From: Chrysomallon squamiferum
Lineage: Eukaryota > Animalia > Mollusca
DNA length: 64,000 nucleotides
Assembly: GCA_012295275.1 (NCBI GenBank)
Contig: CM022666.1
Location: 7,750,001-7,814,000, forward strand
Reading direction: 5' to 3'
The notes below the pieces were generated by a model, which was given only the letters and a program-made list of their open reading frames with translations, was not told the origin of the DNA and ran no database searches. Numbering within the stretch: position 1 is the first letter of the stretch; every line of letters starts with the position of its first letter. Position numbers and translations under genes: made by a program. Positions 54,234 to 64,000 of the stretch are shown one piece after another.

Positions 54234-54660
54234 TTTTACTAGACTCAATTTCACCAGACTCATATTTTACTTGTCTAGTTTCACCAGACTCATATTTTAC
54301 TTGTCTAGTTTCACCAGACTCATATTTTACTAGTCTCACTTTCACCAGGCTCATATTTTACTAGTCTCACTTTCACCAGACTCATATTTTACTAGTCTCA
54401 GTTTCACCAGACTCATATTTTACTAGTCTCAATTTCACCAGACTCATATTTTACTAGTCTCAGTTTCACCAGACTCATATTTTACTAGTCTCAATTTCAC
54501 CAGACTCATATTTTACTAGTCTAAATTTCACCAGACCCATATTTTACTTTTGTCACTTTCACCAGACTCATATTTTACTTGTCTCACTTTCACCAGACTC
54601 ATATTTTACTTGTCTCACTTTCACCAGACCCATATTTTACTAGTCTCAATTTCACCAGGC
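54234..54660. repeat. 30-bp tandem repeat x14
   Basis: TTTTACTAGTCTCA(A/C/G)TTTCACCAGACTCATA. Confidence 0.95.
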
Positions 54661-55159
54661 GCATATTTATCAACATGCCAGCGTATCCAGATTCGCTTTA
54701 ATAGCGAGAGAGAGGGAAATATTGAAAGTGTTTAAATGGAACTGTTGATAGATGGTGTAAACTGTGGCACAGTGTTTGTGTGATGTGAGTGAAACATGGA
54801 TAGGTGGCTGGGTAAACAGAGAGGAGATGAAAACATCAGATTACGCAGGCTTGCACTGTGTGTGTATCATGTTTTTTAGAAGTTTATTTGAAAGATTCGT
54901 TAGTGATAGTTTTTAAGCGGTTTGACCCAAAAGTGATGGATGGAGAAATCTGTATACATGTATTTTCATAATGTCTGTGTGTGTTTGTGTGTGTAATGTG
55001 CATTTGTGTTTATTTCAAAGATCTTTAAGTGATAGTTACAAGTAATTTGACACAAGAGAAATGGATGGATTGTCAGACAGTTTATAATGTGTGTCCTGTG
55101 TTTGTGTTTTTTAGAAGTTTAATGACATTTTTTATATAGTTTTAAACAGTTTTACCCAC

Positions 55160-55600
55160 TCCTACTACTGTTACAACTACCACCATTGTTTTTATTATTA
55201 CTGCTACTACTACTACTACTATTACTACTACTACAAATGCTACGATTATTATTATTTTTTTTATTTTTATTATTGTTATTATTATTATTATTGTTTATTA
55301 ATATTATTTTTATTATTACTACTACTGCTACTACAGTCAGCACCATTATCATTATCATTATTATTTTTTATTAGTATTATTTTTGTTGTTACTCTTATTA
55401 TTATTATGTGTATTATTATTATTATTGTTGTTGTTGTTATTATTATTGTTGTTGTTGTTATTATTATTATTATTATCATTATTATTATTATTATTATTAA
55501 GATTATTTTTATTGTTATTGTTATTATTGTTATATTATTATTGTTATTGTTATTATTGTTATATTATTATTACATTGTTATTGTTATTGTTGTTGTTATT
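55160..55600. repeat. (ACT)n/(ATT)n/(GTT)n trinucleotide tract running up to the exon-4 acceptor
   Basis: Directly visible; generates the poly-L/poly-I ORF prefixes. Confidence 0.95.
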
Positions 55601-55604
55601 TCAG

Positions 55605-55864
55605 ATACGGTTGGAGTGTAAAAACATGACATCTCGTTCGGATTCTGACGGACCGTACAGAAAGACTCAGGGCATCATGAACTCACCTCCGTACAGACAG
55701 CGGACATCGCACACCCTGAGCAACCAGGTGGAAAGTGTACTGAAGAACCTGCGGGACGCGAAAGGCGTGTTTAACCGACTCGCCGACCGCATCTGCAGCC
55801 AGTCTGTTCTGTACGAACAGGACATGAGGAGCTCCAGGTGTTGGAACGGGACAAACATCGGAGA
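55605..55864 (+). CDS. Glypican exon 4 (IRLECK...FNRLADRICS...RCWNGTNIG)
   Basis: TTTCAG acceptor, GA|GTGAGT donor; 260 nt, phase 0-2. Has the CWNG motif and the last three of the 14 conserved Cys. The heparan-sulfate/GPI exons were not found in the window. Confidence 0.92.
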
Positions 55865-57402
55865 GTGAGTACAGAGAATTTTTAATTTAATTGTTAGTGT
55901 TGTTTGTTGTTGTTGTTGTTGTTCTTCTTTTCTTTCAGAAATTGTAGAAGAAAAAGAGTCAAAGATGGTTTTATCAGTTGTAGTTACCATGGTGATTTTT
56001 TATTACTGTTTTGTTTACTTATTACTAAGACATAATTGTATTAATGATGTGTGTGTGTGTGTGTGTGGTTGTGTATATATATATATATATAAATTGTTAA
56101 TAGTAGCCATCTTGGATAATTCTTATATAAATGTTCTTTTTAAAAGAAATTAAAGAGGAAAAAGAAAATCGTAAGAAAGAAAAATAATTTTAACTGAGAA
56201 CAGAAATAAAAAGATTAAGAAAGAAAAGAAAAATTGATAAAAAAAAAAAAAAAAAAGGGGTCTAAAAAAATAAATAAATGAAAAACAAGAAGAAAGAATC
56301 ATTTAAAAAGTATAAAAAGAAAATGAAGGTATAAAAGAAAAATGAATAGAACGTTAAGAAGAAGGAAGAAAAAAAAAAAAAAAAAAAAAAAAATGTAAAA
56401 TGAAAAGACAGGTATAAAAAAGGTTATTTAAAAAAAGATAATGAAAGCTAAAAAAAAAATGAAGGAAAGTTAAAAAAAGAAAAAAAAGACGAGTGTATGT
56501 ATTTAAAATTCTCAAAGAAGCAATCTTTGTGTTAAAGTAGATTTTAAAACCCGGTTTGAAGTGTGAGCATTTATCATGGTGGAGGAAATTAACAGTAACA
56601 AAAAAGAAGTTGAATCTCTCAGTTCCACCTTTAACTGAACTTCACAAGTTAAAACATTTTTTATTTTATTTTTTTTTTTTTTTTTTTTTTTTTAAAATCA
56701 GAATTATATAAATCATCATAAAAGCTTTTGTAATATTCCTGGATATCAAAGTTTTCAGTAGCTTGTTACTCAGTTACTTTGTTGTTTTATTTATTGGTTG
56801 TTTGCAAGGGAAACCAAATTCAGAGATAACAGATTGGTTTAGTGCTCTTGAAAAAGGAGGAAATTTAGTATAAAAAGTAATGGTTTCAACACTTCAGCAT
56901 TTTGTGTGATTTTAAGAATATGGGTTCACTTGATTTATTTGTTTGGATGTGTTCCTTTTTCTTTCATTCTTCTTTTTTTTCTTTTTTCTTTTTTTAATCA
57001 TTTTTAACTCAGTTCTTTGTTCCTTTTCACCACCACCCCCTTTTTTTTCCTTTTTGCATATTGGTTTTTTTTTTTTGGTGGGATTGTTATGTTCTATTGT
57101 TGTATTGAAACAAAACACAAAGTGAAAAAAACAATTAAAAAAAAAACAAATAATAATTTCTCTATTTTTATTTACTTATAGATTCTGAAATATAACAATC
57201 AACACTTAAAGCAGAAATCCACTAAATGTTGTTGGTTTTATCTTACATAAGTAATTATTTAGAACACATTACTTCCAAATAGGAGAATGATGCTGGCTTG
57301 TAATTTCCCATTCTAGCTGATGCTCATGAGAAACACCAGAAAAGAAATGTATTTCTCTTAGTAAACAAATTAATGTGATTTCTCTGCAATCTATCCATGC
57401 AA

Positions 57403-57535
57403 CCATGAATCCAAGCATACATTCATACATACATCCATGAATCCAAGCATACATTCATACATACATCCATGAATCCAAGCATACATCCATACATACATCC
57501 ATGAATCCAAGCATACATCCATACATACATCTATA
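57403..57535. repeat. 32-bp tandem repeat x4
   Basis: CCATGAATCCAAGCATACAT(T/C)CATACATACAT. Confidence 0.9.
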
Positions 57536-58081
57536 CATAGACCATGCATATAAACATTACATTCACCCGTTCATATAACCACATACACATTGCTACCCAT
57601 CCGTCTATCCATCCATACCTAACAGCAATTATCTGTTCTTGGTTAATTAATTCTTTTCTCTTTTTTTATTCAAATTCCCTACGAGACATGTAATTTACAT
57701 GTACATACATTAACAACACACCAGTAATGGAACTGCATTTAATTAAGCAAATCCTTTTCCACCTATTATAAGAATCTTAAATTTCATTCCCAGATGGTAC
57801 TAAATGACATTACCATAACCATTTCCTTTCATTCATTTTCTTTCTCTCCAGGAAGAAAAGAAGGGTGAAAAAAACAAAGTAAAAAAGGAATTAATATAAT
57901 TAAATTGTTCATATTTGGTCACTGACAACAAGGTGCTGTCATGCAACCATTACAACTTACTGTAATGAATCCAATTATTAACACAAAAAATCACATTTAT
58001 TCAGTCTTTTATCATCTCATCTCTCTTCTGACATTTTCATTAATACGACTTTACCTAATTTAGCTCTGCTGTTTGTAGAAT

Positions 58082-58147
<66 letters not shown>

Positions 58148-59159
58148 TACTACTGTTACTGCTACTACTGTTACTGCCTGTGTTACTGCAGCTGCTATTA
58201 ACAAATTGGTTCAAGTTTATGGGTAGGTCCAGTTTAAAAATGCATACCTGCTTATTGGTAAATGTAGACCAAAGGTTTATCTCAACAGTAACAACAACAA
58301 CAACACTACCAAGCATTACACATTGTTTTTTCTCAACAACAACAACAGAAACAATCCAAAATAAAACAAATACTCAAAAACAAAGAACTTAAAAACCTCT
58401 AACTCAGTGACATGTAATAACTGTTAATATTAAACAAGTGTTGAGGTGTTGTCTATCGACGGTATCAAACAGTGACGAAGACTTACTGCATAATAAACCA
58501 TTCTGTGTGGATAGGTGAAGCCTTCTTCAAAAAGATCTCTGTTGTAGTCTGCTTCTTTCATCATGCTCTGAAGGCAAGATGGTTCACAAGCCAGGCATTG
58601 CTGTTGTCAATTTATCTTCCTTTTTACTTCATCTTCATTTTCAGGTTTTTTTCACTATCATTTGCTGCATGTATTTTTTTCTTCATTTTTTTTTTTCTTT
58701 TTTTTTTTTTTTTCCCCTATATTTTTTCATCCATTTGTTTCTTTGCCTTTTACTAATTTAGTCCTTTTCATTTTTGGCAGTTTTTCTCTCTTTTTTTTTT
58801 TCATTCTTCTAAATTTTTTTTCCCTTGCCTTTCACTTTTTACTATTTTTGACCTTTTCTTTTTTTTCAGAATATTTTTTTATTTTTTTTTTTTTTTTTAC
58901 ACAGGAAACGTAAAAGAGTAAATTTGTCATCCTGCTGAATATGAGTAAATCAGTAAAAAAAAATGTATGAATGGAATAATTAGAAGTTCACATGTAAAAG
59001 TAAATAAAAATATCACGTATAACAGGCAAATAATTAAATATTTTTCATGTAAAATTAAAAAAAAAAAAAAAAAAAAAAAAATTAGCTTCACATTTGAGAA
59101 AATATTAAAAATTATTAGTAAACACCACAGTTAATAAGTGCAATGAGTGTTACATGCAC

Positions 59160-59372
59160 ATATATAATATGAACAAATATTCTGTATGTAGAATACAAAT
59201 GAATAACACATCTACATGTTTAATACGAGCAAAAGGTTCACGTATAAAGTATCAAATATTGTACATGAAGAATACAAATGAATAATACATCTGTTGTCTA
59301 ATATGAGCAAATACTCCATGTGTAAAATATCAAATATTCCACGTGTAGAATACAAATGAGTAATACATCCAT
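59160..59372. repeat. ~78-bp degenerate tandem repeat x3
   Basis: CAAATATT...AGAATACAAATGA(A/G)TAA(C/T)ACATC at about 59174, 59253 and 59331. Confidence 0.75.
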
Positions 59373-59833
59373 ATAATCTTGATAAGTAGCAGAGAGTACA
59401 AGTTAATCAGCAGGGGTCAAAATTTTTGACATCTTTATCAGTTGGGGTCAATTAAATATGTCTGGTGGTTTCTCCTCTGTATCAGTCAATCAATCATTTA
59501 ACCAGTCATTTATCATCTGGTCTAATATATCCTTCCTTTCGTTCTGTCCTTAATCTGTCTGTCTGTCTGTCTGTTCTGTTCAGCTTTTGGTCCACAGTTG
59601 TTGTTTTAGTGGAACGGAATTCTGCAGTTTATATTTTTTATCCTTTGATTGACTGTTTTGTCTGTGTGTTTGTGATTTCTCTTAAAGGTGTGGTCACTGA
59701 AGTATCAGAAATGTGTGTGAGAGTGTGTGTGTGTGTGTGGGGGGTTTGTATGTGTGCTATGCATGTATATATTTATGTAGGTATGTATGTATATGTATAG
59801 GCATGTGGATTAGTATAAGTATTTTAATTATAC

Positions 59834-59900
<67 letters not shown>

Positions 59901-59975
59901 ATGCATAAATAAGAAGGGCATATTCACCATATATAAATACCTCTATGTATGTATGTATGTATGTATCTGTATGTA

Positions 59976-60006
<31 letters not shown>

Positions 60007-62844
60007 TTGTATATGTATGCATTAAAATATATTAATATTGTATCTACAGAATCCACAGACATCAACATATCTGCATGCATATATAAAAACCTGTATTTAA
60101 TATGCCTCATATAATACTGCAATGTATTTGACACAATAACGTAATTCTATAACATAGTGACATTATATACCTTAAATAATTTCAAAACAGAGTAACATTT
60201 TATATGTCATAAATACTTTGTGTAACATATTACATACTTGAATACTTTTGTAATAGAAGTAACACATTTATACTGTGTTCTATATCTGTGTCTATTAACA
60301 TGGTACTGTATATATAAGAATACAGGATTTAAAACAGTTGCTACTTGGTCGGGGGGGGGGAACTAATCAGGTGCCAATCTTCGTCTTCTGGGGGGCATCC
60401 TGCCCAGCTGTCTGCACCATGACAGGTGTGGGGGGTGTCTAGGGGGTAGCACTTCCACTTGGAAGAATGATTTACGAGGATAGATTTGTTTTGTTGAGTT
60501 GAAGAAATGTGTCTGACCTATATTAGCTGATTTGTGTTGGAGAATGCACTGGAGTTTTAATTTTTGTTTGTTTGTTTTGTTTGTTTTATGTGCTACAAGT
60601 TGTTATATGTATTCTGTTTATTCGTTTTCATGGTGGTTCAGTTTTTTGGGGTTGTTTTTTGACAGGCAAGGGTTTGTTGGTTGTTTTTGTTTTTGTTTTT
60701 TTTCTCACAGGTAACTGTTTTGTGGGTTATATACATTTAAAGTTTTGATGGTTTTATTTATTAATTTTTTTTGTTTTGTTTTGTTTATTTCTTGGTGTAT
60801 TCTCTGTGTTTGGATTTTTTTTTTCATTGTATTTCAAATTGTCACCTTTTTTCTCTTTTTGTTTCACATTTTTTTTTTTTATTTTTTTTTCATTTTAGTT
60901 TCCTTTTTTTTCTTCTCTTTTTTCTCTTTTTTTTTGTAGCTTTTTCCACCAATATATCATCTTTTTTTAAATGAACTATTTTATTTATCATATTTCCCCC
61001 AAGTTCAAAGCAGAATCACATAAACAAATAAAGAAATTTTTTTGAAACTTTAAAACAGTAAAAGATAAAGAAAAGAAGAAAAACAGTTTAAAAAATGTTT
61101 TAAAAAAAAAAAAAAAAAAAGGAAAATGAAAACCGCAACTTTTGTTTTAGAAGAAAAGAAGTCAGCCAATATGGTTGATGTTGGCTTGAATATCTCAAAT
61201 AACTAAAGATTTTGTTTCGTGAATTACATTTTCAGGGTTTTATTTTCATTAAGATCAAAAACAGTTGCTGGTGCATGTCAAAGTGTAAATTTAAACAAGT
61301 ACATTAAACTGTAATGATTGTTCATACCAGATTACAACTCACTTCCAATCTGTGTTATTTTTATTCTTGTAATCACAAATATTTCTAGATTTCTGGTAAT
61401 TATAAAACCTGGTAACAAATTTTTATTGAATTTCTGGTAATAGATTTTATTGCATTTCGGTGAACAAATGTTATTGAATATTTGTTAACAAATTTTGTTG
61501 AATTTCTTGTAATAAATTTCACATGATTTTCGTTGAGATTAATTCTACATGATTTCAGTTAATAAAATATTTCACTGAATTTCAGATAATTAAAAATTAA
61601 CATTTCTGGTTATCTAAAATATTTACTGAAATCTGATCACTATAAATTTTTATTGTATTCTGGTTACCAAAAAACAAAAACATGTATTCCATGTTCGGTA
61701 ATAATAAACCTTTATGGATTTGTGGTAATCTAAAATTCTTGATAAATTCTTGCAATGATGATTTCCAGCAATCATAAAAACTTGTGGTTTTTCTGTTTTG
61801 TAAAATCTTCTGAATTTCTGCCAATTACAAATTTTTCATTTTAAAATATTTCTGATTATGATAAAATCTCTATGGTTTTGTCCTGTTTTATTTGGTGATG
61901 ACCGAATCGTTTTTTAAATGTGACCTCTCATTTTGTAAGAGTAGCCCCTATTTGTAAGAGTAACCCATGATATTTTTGTAGTAACACTTTAGTGATGCCA
62001 AACTGTTTATTTTATATATCAATATATTTTTCATATTTTATTCTCTATAAATAAACTATATATTGAAATTTCCCCAGCATCAGGCTTTGCTGGAACAGAA
62101 CTATCTTTCATGTCATACATATGTATTGTTTTTTTCCTACTTAATTCTCATTTTATCAGAAAAATTATCAATTAATATTTCTCTTTGGTTTACGTTTCTG
62201 AAGGAAATAAATTCTCCTTGACATTAACTTCTGCTGACAAAGAACAATAAAACAGAAAAGCAAAAATCAATAAGCTACATACAATGGACTGGAAATATTA
62301 ATTACAGCGAACTCTGGTATAATAACATATATTTGTACACACCAGCCTGGAACATACGTGTTGTTGTTATTATTATAACGTGTTATTATGACAGGCTCGT
62401 GTGAGATAAACTGATATTCAGACTGTTACATACAACAGCGTCAAGACAGGTGATGACAGTATTAATATTTTGTCTTTCGTATGGGTTAAAGCACTTTTGA
62501 CATGGGTGCCTGTGAAAAAGGATGAGAGGAAAGCAACATGTTATCACTGTAACCTCGAGGTTACAACCTCGGAAGTTGTGCTTTAGAGGTTGTACAGGTT
62601 CAGCTGGTTGGTGGGATATATGAAACAGTTTCTGCTATTCCAAATGTAAATATTTTACATGTGAAGATAGAGATTAATTTATAAGAAATGTTTATACTAA
62701 TATCTACAGAAAATATAGCCATGGATTTACATTAATATCCAGATTGTAATAATATCCAAACATTGTACTTTGATTTTATAACAATAGTGTGATATTTTAA
62801 CCTTAATCTGTCAATGGATAGATATTGATAGAACACATACACTT

Positions 62845-63007
<163 letters not shown>

Positions 63008-63576
63008 ATCATTTAAATTCACACATAATGTAATTTAAAAACATTCAGGACTGAAAAGCAAGGAACATGTGATCCAAAGCTTCACAGATAAAATGGCCGT
63101 TTTGGAAAAACAACCAAACAGTAAAATGTTTCTTTAAGATTGTTTTATTTGTTGTGAGGTTTTCAGTTGCTGCAGGTGAACTGAATAAAGAAACAGGCTC
63201 TCCCCTGCAGAGATTTCTCAACTATAAAGTTTCATAAGAGAGAAATGGTTACATAAATAAAACAGCAGCTGTTTTATTCAAGGCCAGTATAAGTAAATAA
63301 ATAAAGAAAGAAGTAAGTAAGTCAGTAAATCAAATGAATATTAAATAAAAAAATGAATATAAATAAAAGTAAATTTAAATTTTTTTTAAAAATAATAATA
63401 AAAAATAAAAATGTAAATTAAAAAATCTAATAATAAAAGATATAAATAAAAAAAATAAAAAAATACAAAGTAAAAATAAAAAATAAATAAATAAACCTTT
63501 GAAATTATTGACATGATGTTGATTTCCCTTGATATATGATTTTGCATCAACATTGAATATTTGTTATAAATAAAAC

Positions 63577-63662
<86 letters not shown>

Positions 63663-64000
63663 AATTGATATAAATAAAAATAAAATAAAAATAATAAAAT
63701 ATGTAAACAAAAAACAAAAACGAAGAAATTTAAAATAAATAAACACATGAAACAACAAATAAATAATTCACAGACTTTTTCACATGAAAACATGTTTCCC
63801 CAAAAAATACACCCTTGCTTTTCTTCGAATCATATCTTACATAACCACTTAATCATTATACCTCACCGAAACAACAACAGAAACAATTCCTGATATTAGA
63901 AGCCAAACACAGACCATTTTTGCATATCAGACGAGCAAACTGCAGACAGGCAATTCCATCAATGCGAAACCCTAGTAACTGGTCTTGCACTGTTGGCTCT

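Noticed and set aside
49120-54660. 29-30 bp direct-repeat arrays resembling CRISPR
   Set aside because: Repeats are head-to-tail without unique spacers, there are no cas genes, and the context is a eukaryotic intron.
63931-64000. Possible next glypican exon after TTTTTGCATATCAG
   Set aside because: The frame is open (RANCRQAIPSMRNPSNW) but lacks the expected Y...G...Q..NPE pattern; the next exon probably lies beyond the window.

Overview
AT-rich, microsatellite-dense, intron-containing animal genomic DNA. It is probably a gastropod mollusc, inferred from degenerate SINE copies, but this is not proven. Almost all ORFs in the supplied track are microsatellite artefacts. Manual splicing gives two head-to-head genes. 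(1) Minus strand, 4914->4: a complete 9-coding-exon, 224-aa coiled-coil protein that matches synaptonemal complex central element protein SYCE1 in sequence and in exon sizes/phases. (2) Plus strand from 10511: the first four coding exons of a glypican of the GPC3/GPC5/Dally type, with all 14 conserved Cys and a 33.9-kb intron 2; the gene continues beyond the window. Main oddities: a 1-nt frameshift in glypican exon 3 (CCC run at 50359-50361), and a ~700-bp tandem array just upstream of exon 3 built from the branch-point/acceptor region, holding four decoy acceptors that each lead to an immediate stop. Also noted: CTCF-like sites, a CpG-retaining intergenic domain, promoter repeats with bZIP motifs, uORFs, candidate recursive splice sites and a hierarchical minisatellite.
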